Assembly: GCA_034669905.1 (NCBI GenBank)
Contig: JAXMOL010000001.1
Location: forward strand, 96,001 to 160,000
Direction of reading: 5' to 3'
Origin: Candidatus Hydrogenedentota bacterium
Lineage (GTDB): Bacteria; Hydrogenedentota; Hydrogenedentia; Hydrogenedentales; JAEUWI01
Length of the DNA stretch: 64,000 nucleotides
The position numbers were made by a program, and so were the translations under genes. Every line of letters starts with the position of its first letter. Within the stretch, counting starts at the first letter, position 1. Under the pieces are notes generated by a model that was not told the DNA's origin, made no database searches, and saw only the letters and a list, made by a program, of their open reading frames with translations. Shown one piece after another: positions 51,326 through 60,146 of the stretch.

Positions 51326-52977
51326 AGGGTGTCCCAAGCCCACTATCCCCGAGGAGACCCTTTGGCAGAAAAATCGTTACGGAGCTGAACGCCCTGAACT
51401 CGTACCTGGGAAAAGGATTGGGGGCCATACTGCTTTGCCTGCTCCTGCTTACCTGCTCCCCCGCGCCGTGCTTCGCCGAGGCGGAAGACGGGGCGCCCGC
51501 AGCGGAGGCCACAGAAAACACCCAGGACGACACCGCCTCGGACACAGCGGAGGAGGAGGCCGTGCTGCCAACGGACTCGGACACTGCGGCAGGCAACGGA
51601 ACACGACGTTGGTACCGGGGCACCTTTGAAACGGAGATGGACACGGTTTTCTCTCGCAGCGACGAGGACATCGATTTCAGTCAGTTTCTCCGGTTAGAGG
51701 TAGACCCCCCTCAATACAGTCGCCTGCACCTCCGGGGCTCGCTCTGGCTACATCAGGATTTGAGTTCGGATAGGGACAAACCAAACACACTGCGGGACAT
51801 CAACGATGCTTCGAGTGCCGATGTTCAGGCGCGCTTGCTCTATCTCTACGCGAAGATCGACGATGCCCTGGGTACCAACTCCGAGTTAAGAATCGGACGT
51901 CAGCGGATCCAGGAGGGCGCCACCTACAATCGTATCGACGGGCTCTATGGCCGAAAGCGCGTCGGGCAGTGGGAAGGCTATGCCTTTGTGGGAGCCCGCG
52001 CCTCGATATACCGGGACACCACCGATGATCTGGTGCTCGGTGGTGGCCTTGCATGGATCCCCACGCCCCATACCCGTATTGCCCTGGATGGTTACTATGC
52101 GGAGGAAAGTCGCTACGGAGTATCCGACAGAAGTCGCCGGTTCGGGGGCTGGATACGCCCGGTGGCGTCGGAGCTTAATGACAGTAAGACGACCCTGAGT
52201 CTGTGGCACAATTTCGGTGTGAACACCCGGCTCTTCGCCCGTATCGGTATGTTGGGTAGTGACGTGGACGAGCTGTCGCTGAGTCTGAATGGGTACATAC
52301 CCCGGCTGGACCTCCTCTACGACCTCCACTACCGCCAGCTGTTTGAAACGACGGGCGACACCACGGCCGACCTCTCCCCCTTCTACCAGATTCTCGGTCA
52401 GTACCGGGAACACCAGACCCTCTACCTGGGCCTCCACCGCCCCTTGACGGAGTCGGTCACCCTTACCCTGGAAGGTGAGATTCGCAATGCAGAGAACGAT
52501 GACTTTTACTCGGGAAACCGAGACTATGTTCGGGTTGGCACCGTGTTGTACGTGGATGACGTCTTTCAGGAGGTCGACGTCTCGACTTCCCTGGAGTACT
52601 GGGATGTCTCTGGCGGTGAAGGCACCTGGACAGTGACCGGAGAAATAAGCCGCTCGTGGGGCACCGTGGACGGGCGCTTCGGCGTCGATTACGTCCGCTA
52701 CAAGGATCGTGTCGTGGAGTATGACCAGCGCGCGGCCCTGGTAGACGCGGCCCTGGTGGCCTTTGTACCCGGCATCTATCCCGGCTTCTCTTACGCGGCC
52801 CGCAGGGCCAGCACCCGGATTGTGGATACCCGGGAAAATGTCTACAGCGTGTATGCCGAGGTGGAGTGGGCCTTTCAGGAGGATCAGGATGTCTACACCA
52901 AGATTTCCTTTGAAGAGGACGATAGCCCCGATTCGCCCTATTGGCGAATCCGCGCCGGCTATCGGCTGCGTTTTTAG
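51322..52977 (+). CDS. Predicted outer-membrane beta-barrel (porin of a porin-cytochrome complex)
   Basis: Signal peptide, amphipathic beta strands, LRIGRQ, C-terminal YRLRF; lies between two multiheme genes. Confidence 0.78.
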   Translation: MKGVPSPLSPRRPFGRKIVTELNALNSYLGKGLGAILLCLLLLTCSPAPCFAEAEDGAPAAEATENTQDDTASDTAEEEAVLPTDSDTAAGNGTRRWYRGTFETEMDTVFSRSDEDIDFSQFLRLEVDPPQYSRLHLRGSLWLHQDLSSDRDKPNTLRDINDASSADVQARLLYLYAKIDDALGTNSELRIGRQRIQEGATYNRIDGLYGRKRVGQWEGYAFVGARASIYRDTTDDLVLGGGLAWIPTPHTRIALDGYYAEESRYGVSDRSRRFGGWIRPVASELNDSKTTLSLWHNFGVNTRLFARIGMLGSDVDELSLSLNGYIPRLDLLYDLHYRQLFETTGDTTADLSPFYQILGQYREHQTLYLGLHRPLTESVTLTLEGEIRNAENDDFYSGNRDYVRVGTVLYVDDVFQEVDVSTSLEYWDVSGGEGTWTVTGEISRSWGTVDGRFGVDYVRYKDRVVEYDQRAALVDAALVAFVPGIYPGFSYAARRASTRIVDTRENVYSVYAEVEWAFQEDQDVYTKISFEEDDSPDSPYWRIRAGYRLRF

Positions 52978-52994
52978 TGAGTAAAGGAGCAACC

Positions 52995-54068
52995 ATGACG
53001 CACAGGCCTGGATTTCGCGGGATCGCGTTGGCGATGATCGCATTGTTTGGCGTCACCGTTGCCTCCGATGCGGCCCTGTTCGGCCGATCGGGGAAATCGG
53101 TGGACCGCGGCCTGAAATCGGGCCACAATGCCCACATCGAGCAGCAATTGGACTGTGCCACCTGTCACGTGTGGGAAGAAAACCGGCATGTAATGCCAGG
53201 ACACAACCTGTGCAGTATATGCCACGAGATCGATGAAACTGCGACCGACAAGGCTTCCTGTAACTTCTGCCACACCCGGGAGGACCAAAGTGTCGGTCCC
53301 GTCATCAAACGGATGAGTGTGGAAACGATTTTTGGGCATGAAGCCCACCTGGACGTTTCTCTGGATTGTATGGAATGTCACAAGACGCCCGGTGAAATAC
53401 CGGATCTGCCGAAGGGGCCACTCATGCCCTGGTGCATGACCTGCCACGCGACGTCAGAACCACCCAAGCTGGAATCGGGCCTGCCCGACCGGGCCTTTGC
53501 GTCGAATGACTGTGCCGTCTGCCACCGCGAACTCAGCCTGGAAACGCGGCCCCAGTTTCGGGGCGGCGCCCGGATCGCCCACGATGCACCCGATATCTGG
53601 TTGAAGACCCACGGCCGGGAAGCCCAGTTTGACCCCCAGTATTGTGCGATGTGCCATGATACGGTCGCGACCTGTGAAGATTGTCACAGCCGCATGAAGC
53701 CCGACAACCACACGATAGCGTGGCGCCGTAAACCCCACGGATTGCGGGCGGTCATCGATCAGAACAACTGTGCGGTTTGCCATGAAGAAGATTCGTGTAT
53801 CAAGTGCCATGAAAAAACCAAACCGACCAGCCACCGGGCTGGATTCGGCGGCTCGCTCAACCGACATTGTGTCTCGTGTCACTATCCCCCCCAGGAAAGT
53901 TCCTGCACCGCATGTCACCAGAATATCGAGCACCGTAAGGCCCGCCGGTCGCCCCATGGACTGGGCATCTACCCGGTCAACTGTGCCGCCTGCCATCCGG
54001 GCGGCCTGCCCAACCGCGCGCCCCATCTTGTAAACAATTCGGTAAGCTGCCGGACCTGCCATGAATAG
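52995..54068 (+). CDS. Periplasmic 14-heme cytochrome c (c3/c7-like)
   Basis: AAGGAG RBS; signal peptide; 14 CxxCH motifs; FGHEAH. Confidence 0.88.
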   Translation: MTHRPGFRGIALAMIALFGVTVASDAALFGRSGKSVDRGLKSGHNAHIEQQLDCATCHVWEENRHVMPGHNLCSICHEIDETATDKASCNFCHTREDQSVGPVIKRMSVETIFGHEAHLDVSLDCMECHKTPGEIPDLPKGPLMPWCMTCHATSEPPKLESGLPDRAFASNDCAVCHRELSLETRPQFRGGARIAHDAPDIWLKTHGREAQFDPQYCAMCHDTVATCEDCHSRMKPDNHTIAWRRKPHGLRAVIDQNNCAVCHEEDSCIKCHEKTKPTSHRAGFGGSLNRHCVSCHYPPQESSCTACHQNIEHRKARRSPHGLGIYPVNCAACHPGGLPNRAPHLVNNSVSCRTCHE

Positions 54069-54138
54069 CTTGTTACTTAGTTACCGCGTCTGCCCTGCGG
54101 GACTGCCCGCTCGGGTCGGCGCCAGGAAAGGAAAACCT

Positions 54139-54738
54139 ATGCATACGCTTTCACGGAATGCCCTCATCACCCTCAGCCTCCTGCTTGCTGCCAGCCTGGT
54201 CCAGGCCGAGGAGGCCAAAGACTTCATTGGCCATGACCAATGTAAAGTCTGCCACAACAAGAAGCCGGAAGGAGCCCAGTGGGACGTCTGGAAGGCGATG
54301 AAACACGCCAACGCCTTTGAAGCCCTCAAGAGTGATGCAGCCAAGAAAATTGGGGAAGAGCGGGGCCTCGCCAAGCCCCCCCACGAAGCCCCGGAATGCG
54401 TGAAGTGCCACGTGACGGGCTATAATCTGGAAAAAATGGAAGTGCCCGCCAAGATCAAGATGGCCGACGGCGTCCAGTGTGAAACCTGCCACGGGGCGGG
54501 GGCCGCGCATGTGGCCGACGGTCGCGATGTAATGTTTAAGAAGAAGACCGCAGACGAAATCGACTGGACGGCCCACCTGAAGAAGGTGGAGGAAGCGACC
54601 TGCCTGGCCTGCCATAACGAAGAGAGCCCCACCTGGAACCCGGAACAATTTACCCGGGAGGATGGCACGAAGGTGGGATTCGACTTTGAGCAGGCCAAGG
54701 AAATCGTTTCCCATCCCAACCCAACCAAGGCCAAGTAA
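54139..54738 (+). CDS. Tetraheme cytochrome c554-like protein
   Basis: Signal peptide; FIG...CKVCH, W...KHA.A, CVKCHVTG, GVQCETCHG.G..H, CLACH. Confidence 0.85.
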   Translation: MHTLSRNALITLSLLLAASLVQAEEAKDFIGHDQCKVCHNKKPEGAQWDVWKAMKHANAFEALKSDAAKKIGEERGLAKPPHEAPECVKCHVTGYNLEKMEVPAKIKMADGVQCETCHGAGAAHVADGRDVMFKKKTADEIDWTAHLKKVEEATCLACHNEESPTWNPEQFTREDGTKVGFDFEQAKEIVSHPNPTKAK

Positions 54739-54910
54739 AAGGTGGTCAGGCCCCTCGCGGAGCGATAGGGCGACGGAACGCCGGACGGACGGGCTAAGTG
54801 GCGCATGCCCGGGTCCGGCGGGGCGAACACGCATTTCATGGATAGTTCAAGCGGCCAAGGTACGCAACCGTTACCTTGGCCGCTTTATTCATTAAGGTCG
54901 CGAAAGCGTA

Positions 54911-55900
54911 TCAGGGGAAATCACTTCCCGGCCACATCACGCTTTGATAGAACCCACTGGCAATACCCTCCTCGCCGGGTGCGAAGATGTGGTTCGCAAT
55001 GTGCAGAGCGATGCCTGCCGCATTGATGGGGAACTGGCCGCCGGTGGGCAGGGGCGCGCTTTCGAATACCACCGTACCCGTCGATTCTCCCGGATACTTG
55101 AAGAAGGCCACGTGCCCGTCGGCAAAGAGCACATTGGCACCACCCGGCACATGGTTGAAGCTCTCGGCCGCATCCGCAATGTTGTCAAGCATAATTGCCA
55201 ACGTCGATTGCGAAGCTGCCGACGCAGCAGGGTTATTGATGTCGGTTATGAAAAACCGTTCAACCCCTTCCCGGAGCCGCAGCGCGCGATCGTAGCCACC
55301 GGGCAAGGGCACCGCGAAGTCCCAGTCTTCCTCGACCCGATAGACATTCTCGTAGATGCGCGCACCGAAGTCCTGCACACTGGCGTAGAACGCGGCCGAC
55401 TGGGCCGGCGTTTGAACCATTTCGTTACTGATGGCCCATCCCAGGTAGGTGTAGGGATGACCCAGGAACTCACACGGCTCAATGGCGCCACTGTTGGTGA
55501 ACCCGGGCGTATCCACGTAATTATCGGAACCCACGTTTCCCCCATCATAGGTGCTCAGTGCATCGCCGGTCGTTGAGGCGGCACTCGGGCAAATGAGGAT
55601 GTTGGCATCATTCATGTATTCGGGATAGACCTGCTCTCCATCGAAGATGGTGTCGAGGGAAGAGACAGTACCATCGCATCGTCTGGTCTTAATGGCGGGA
55701 AACTTTTCTCCCCGGCTTTCGTTGGCATACATCTTAAAGATGATCCCAAACTGCTTCAGGTTATTCTGGCAGCTTGCCCGACGGGCTGCTTCCCGGGCAC
55801 GGGCCAGGGCCGGCAGCAGGATGGCTGCGAGAATTCCAATGATGGCAATGACCACCAACAATTCGATCAGGGTAAATCCCCGGGTGGAATGTTTCTTCAT
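54911..55900 (-). CDS. DUF1559 prepilin-type N-terminal methylation protein with H-X9-DG C-terminal motif
   Basis: [60 protein letters not shown]. Confidence 0.93.
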   Translation of the reverse strand: MKKHSTRGFTLIELLVVIAIIGILAAILLPALARAREAARRASCQNNLKQFGIIFKMYANESRGEKFPAIKTRRCDGTVSSLDTIFDGEQVYPEYMNDANILICPSAASTTGDALSTYDGGNVGSDNYVDTPGFTNSGAIEPCEFLGHPYTYLGWAISNEMVQTPAQSAAFYASVQDFGARIYENVYRVEEDWDFAVPLPGGYDRALRLREGVERFFITDINNPAASAASQSTLAIMLDNIADAAESFNHVPGGANVLFADGHVAFFKYPGESTGTVVFESAPLPTGGQFPINAAGIALHIANHIFAPGEEGIASGFYQSVMWPGSDFP

Positions 55901-55905
55901 GAAAT

Positions 55906-56041
55906 CGCTTCCTTGGAAATAGCCGTGCGGACGCACCACGGTTCCATACCCGTGTTGGTCGACGTTACGCACGGCAGACGATCGGACCCAAGATGGTCCG
56001 GCAAGTGAATAAATCAGCGTGTCTGCATCCAAAGAGAAGCG
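55906..56041 (-). promoter_or_regulatory. Predicted SD-sequestering RNA structure controlled by the upstream RAPP leader
   Basis: CGCUUCUCUUUGGA (56041-56028) can pair with UCCAAGGAAGCG (55917-55906, includes the SD); inner stems GCCGTGCG/CGCACGGC and CGGACC/GGTCCG. Confidence 0.65.
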
Positions 56042-56457
56042 GGTGGTGCCCGGGCCTGCCGGGCTGTGGAAACGCCCCGGCCCCGGTGGTCGACATAAGC
56101 CCCGTGTCCGACTGGGCCAACGTCTATGGCCGCCGTTGCCACCGTGCCCGCACCGACGTGCAAGACCATGGTGGCCGCACTGAAATAGGTGTTTTGCAAG
56201 GGCTCGGGTGTAGGCTCCGGCGTGTCCTCCCGGGCTGGAGTTGTGGGCTCCGGCGCGTGATGGTGGTGGGGCTCGCCCTCCCCATGGCGGTGCACCATGC
56301 CCCCGGCACCATGTTCGTGAACCAACGCGCCGTGGTGGTGGGGCGTGGAAAAGAGCGAGAATCCCGTAAGAATCCGAAACGCCAGCAGGACCACGACCAG
56401 GAAAACAATGTCGGAGAAGTCAGCGCTGCCCGCACGCGCCCTGGCCCCACGAAGCAT
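56014..56457 (-). CDS. His-rich membrane-anchored leader peptide with C-terminal RAPP arrest motif (DUF2946/CruR/CutF-like architecture)
   Basis: [57 protein letters not shown] eight residues before the stop; start uncertain (56457 or 56502). Confidence 0.7.
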   Translation of the reverse strand: MLRGARARAGSADFSDIVFLVVVLLAFRILTGFSLFSTPHHHGALVHEHGAGGMVHRHGEGEPHHHHAPEPTTPAREDTPEPTPEPLQNTYFSAATMVLHVGAGTVATAAIDVGPVGHGAYVDHRGRGVSTARQARAPPASLWMQTR

Positions 56458-57148
56458 CGTGGACACGGCAAGGGTAGTACGGGGGACAAATTTCAAGGTC
56501 ATGCCTCTCTGGATGGCGCACACGTGGTCTTCATGCGGGGCGGGTTGGTTTTTCCACTCTGCCGGGGTGGAACGGGACGGGCTCGCTGAACCACCCTCCC
56601 CTAAACTGTATCGGCACGTCAGCGATGCGCCGTGCTCCGACGCGAATCGCCACCGTATTCTGAAAAATTCGAAGGGGTGCCCACCGGGGTGTAACACAGC
56701 GCCCGGGTGGGTGCACTACCTTGTAGAACGCAGCGAAACTTTAGCGACGCTGCGGGGATAAATAACCCAATACAACACAAAATTGAATCGACACCATGCA
56801 CCCGCTTTCCGTACCGCGGGTTTCTCCAAACAACGCCTGCCGTATGCAGGCTAACGGGCAGACCAGTCCCTTCGACGTCTCTCCAGGCAGGGGTTCGGCC
56901 TATCTCCACCGACTCCCCTGTTGACGTGTGTACTGGCAACGCTTGACCAGCGTGTTGCTGCCCACATCCCCGCCTGGCTCCGGTACTCCTCCCCCTCCCG
57001 TACCCACACCACCGCCGGAGCCAGGCACTCCCTTTTCAGGCAAGGAGGTGCCATCCATTAGCGACGTAGAGGATGCCCGCGCTAGTGGTTTGAATCATGC
57101 GGATGAGCGATTATTTTGCGGCGGAGCATTCACCAAATTCGATAATAT

Positions 57149-57183
57149 ACTCCCCTCCTTGGAGGGGAATGGTTAGGCGGGTC
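57149..57183. repeat. Partial copy of the 43515 REP-like element
   Basis: ACTCCCCTCCTTGGAGGGG identical to 43515-43533. Confidence 0.6.
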
Positions 57184-57232
57184 GAATAAACGCTGCTGGC
57201 AGAATAAACTCCCCTGACTTTGATTCAGACCA

Positions 57233-58171
57233 TTAGTCTGACTTCAGCAAGCCCGCTTTACGCTTGCGCCAGGTGTCGTAGAAGACCAGCGCCACAATCA
57301 ACACGCCCACCAGCACTTGCTGCCACGACGTGTCGATATCTTCCAGGTTGCAAAAATTCTGCAAGACATACATGATCAGCGCACCGGCCACGGCCGCGAT
57401 GGCTCCGCCTTCACCGCCCATGAGACTGGCCCCACCAATGACGCAGGCCGCAATCGTATGCAGCTCGTACATTTCGGCCGCCGTGGGTGAGCCAATACTG
57501 GTCTTGGCGGCCAACATCATGCCGCCGAAACCGGCCATCAGGCCACAGAGCGTATAGGCCCGAATCAGCACCCAATCCACCGGGATGCCCGAGAGCCGTG
57601 CGGCCTGTCGGTTCCCCCCCACGGAATAAAGAGAACGGCCGAATCGGGTGAAGGCGAGCATGAGGGCATAGCCCGTTGCGAAGACGGCCACGATGACCAC
57701 CGGAATACGCCAGTCGCGGGTCTCACTGAGCCAACTCAGCGAGTCGGGCAATCCGAAAACCGGGTTGCCGCCAGAGACCCAGAGGGCGAGGCCCCGGGCC
57801 ACCATCATCATACCCAGCGTAACGATAAAGGGTGCAATGCGGCCCTTCGCCACCAGGACGCCGTTGGTGAGGCCACAGGCCGCCCCCACGCCGCAGCCGG
57901 CGAGAACACCCACGGGCATGGGCATACCGGATTTCATGGCCAGACAGCCCACCACACCCGCCAGCGCCGCCACACTCCCGACGGACAAATCGATGCCCGC
58001 CGTGAGTATGACAAGAAGCTGGCCAAGGGCGATAATGCCCACCACCGACGCCCGGCCCGCCACGGACTGGAGGTTGCCGCTGGTGCGGAAACTCTCCGAG
58101 TACAGGGCCAGGCAAATACAGAGACCCGCCAGGATAAAGAGCGGCGAGTGTTTGGCTATAAACTGCTTCAT
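57233..58171 (-). CDS. Sugar ABC transporter permease (RbsC-like)
   Basis: ILTAGIDLSVGS, PFIVTLG, TRFGRSLYSVGGN..AARLSGI, YEL..IAACVIGGASL.GG. Confidence 0.92.
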   Translation of the reverse strand: MKQFIAKHSPLFILAGLCICLALYSESFRTSGNLQSVAGRASVVGIIALGQLLVILTAGIDLSVGSVAALAGVVGCLAMKSGMPMPVGVLAGCGVGAACGLTNGVLVAKGRIAPFIVTLGMMMVARGLALWVSGGNPVFGLPDSLSWLSETRDWRIPVVIVAVFATGYALMLAFTRFGRSLYSVGGNRQAARLSGIPVDWVLIRAYTLCGLMAGFGGMMLAAKTSIGSPTAAEMYELHTIAACVIGGASLMGGEGGAIAAVAGALIMYVLQNFCNLEDIDTSWQQVLVGVLIVALVFYDTWRKRKAGLLKSD

Positions 58172-58196
58172 CGAATGGGTTTAACCTGTACGTCCG

Positions 58197-59225
58197 TTAG
58201 TTGAAGGGGAGGGCGACGGGTTTGCCCGTTTCACCGGACTGGTCGGCCGCGTAGCAAATCTCGTGCGACTTGAAGGCGTCGGCGATGTTGGCGTGGGACT
58301 CCACATTATTCTCGATGCAGTCGACCAGGTGAGAAGCCAGATCGCTGAAGGGGTGGTGGGTCACGTCGCCGCTATCGGGCATGATGGTGGGTACGGTCGC
58401 CCAGGTGGTCTGTCCCGGAAACTTGGTAGGAGACCAGATCTGGTTGTTCTTAATGGTGCCGTGGGTACCCACGAGATTGATGTTAAACACATAGGGCTGG
58501 ACACACTCGATGCAGGAAGCCACCTTACCAATCCGGCCGTCCGCAAACTTGAGGATGGTGCAGGTCGTGGGAGGGTATTCGTAGGCCTTGAAATGTTCGC
58601 CGCCGCCCGAGGTGGCATACTGGGACACTTCGGCCACTTCGCCGCCCATGAAGAAACGGAGCGCGTCCAGGGCATGGCAGCCGGCGGAAAGGAGGGAGCT
58701 CGCGCCCACTTCCTTCTTCACGTTCCATGCGTATTGGCCATACCAGGGGCCGATGCCGTGGAAGTAATCCACTTCGCCCATGAACACCTTACCGATGCTG
58801 TCATCTGCGATTTGCTTGCGAATAATATCGAAGAGGGGATTCCAGCGCAGCACAAAGCTTACGGCGGATTTCACGCCGGCTTCCGCCACGGCATCCCGAA
58901 TGGCCTTGGCATCGTCGATGCCCGTGGCCATGGCTTTTTCAAGCAGGATGTGTTTCCCCGCCTTGGCCACGGCGACAGCCTGGGCCTTGTGCACGTGGGG
59001 CGGCGTGGCGACTACCACGATATCGATGCCGTCCTGTGCGAGGAGGGCGTCCAGGTCGGTGTAGGTCTTGCACGTGAGGCCGAGCCCATCGGCGAAGGCC
59101 TGGGTACGCCCGGCATCCCGACCACAGACGGCCCGCACTTCGGTGCGCGCGTCGGCGTGAAAGGCTTTGACATGCTCTCCGGCGACCCATCCGGTCCCCA
59201 GGATTCCAACACCTAATTTTTCCAT
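58197..59225 (-). CDS. Gfo/Idh/MocA oxidoreductase
   Basis: GILGTGWVA, VVATPPHVH, AGKHILLEK, GCHALD. Confidence 0.9.
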   Translation of the reverse strand: MEKLGVGILGTGWVAGEHVKAFHADARTEVRAVCGRDAGRTQAFADGLGLTCKTYTDLDALLAQDGIDIVVVATPPHVHKAQAVAVAKAGKHILLEKAMATGIDDAKAIRDAVAEAGVKSAVSFVLRWNPLFDIIRKQIADDSIGKVFMGEVDYFHGIGPWYGQYAWNVKKEVGASSLLSAGCHALDALRFFMGGEVAEVSQYATSGGGEHFKAYEYPPTTCTILKFADGRIGKVASCIECVQPYVFNINLVGTHGTIKNNQIWSPTKFPGQTTWATVPTIMPDSGDVTHHPFSDLASHLVDCIENNVESHANIADAFKSHEICYAADQSGETGKPVALPFN

Positions 59226-59461
59226 GGGTCTATCTCCTTAAATTTTCTGACGACGAGCGCCACGTTATCGTTCCGCTAAAACACCGAGTGTACCATTCGA
59301 CGCCGTGTCAACACATCCCCGCCCCGATGCCTCCTTGTTTACCTTATCAATCGGCAATGTTCCTGTAAGGTATTGGCCCCCCTGGCCCCTGTATGCTCCC
59401 ATCAAGATACTGGAACCCGGAATGAAGACCCATCCCTGCTGCGCACACGGTGGTACCCCCA

Positions 59462-59756
59462 ATGCACGACGAATCCCCTTCCCCCCAGAAGATGCTCCTG
59501 CTGGCTCTTGGACTGACCATACTGACAGCCCTTTCCTTCCAAGGCAGCCGTGGTCTCTACGAATCCACCGAAGGACGCTATGCCCAGCACTCTCCCTTCG
59601 GGCACGCTCCTTCTCGCCCGGAGCAAGCACCTTGATGCAGTGTCGGCCTATCTCCCTGAAGACGCTTTTTCCACCCGCTACGAAGATTCCTACTGGTGCC
59701 TGGCCCAACTGAATCGCCCCCTCGTATCGGAAAAACTGGGTACTTGGTTGAAATAG
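59462..59756 (+). pseudogene. Remnant of an ArnT/PMT-like (GT-C) glycosyltransferase, apparently internally deleted
   Basis: TM helix plus RGLYESTEGRYA (resembles the ArnT N-terminal motif), then frame change and early stop. Confidence 0.55.
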
Positions 59757-60146
59757 ACTTTCCAGGTAAGCGTTGGTGTAAGCCTCTGTCCTCAGGCGTC
59801 TGCATCGGCCGCTTTCCATCGGCAGGTTCCGTGTCCCATCCCGGGGAAAGTTTTTTGTGACAGGGTCGCCAAGGTTGATGACCCATTTCCGAGATCAGGA
59901 CCAGCCACCCATGCGTATCCAATCGGCGCCGCAGTAGAGGAGCCCGAAAACGTCCCCATCGCCGATTTCCCTGGTACCGGGCATCGCAATGCGGCGTGCT
60001 CAACCTGCCAGGAACCTGCAAGTAAATCACGAATTGCCCTGAGGCGGTATCCATGGCATAATGCGTTTTACGTGGGTGCTCATCGCAGTATTAATTGGGT
60101 AGTGGCCAAGGGGGCCATACGGTGAGACTCTCAGGAGGCAATCGGT

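Noticed and set aside
56500..57230. Short ORFs or an RNA gene in this intergenic stretch
   Set aside because: No RBS or motif support, and no tRNA or known ncRNA pattern recognised
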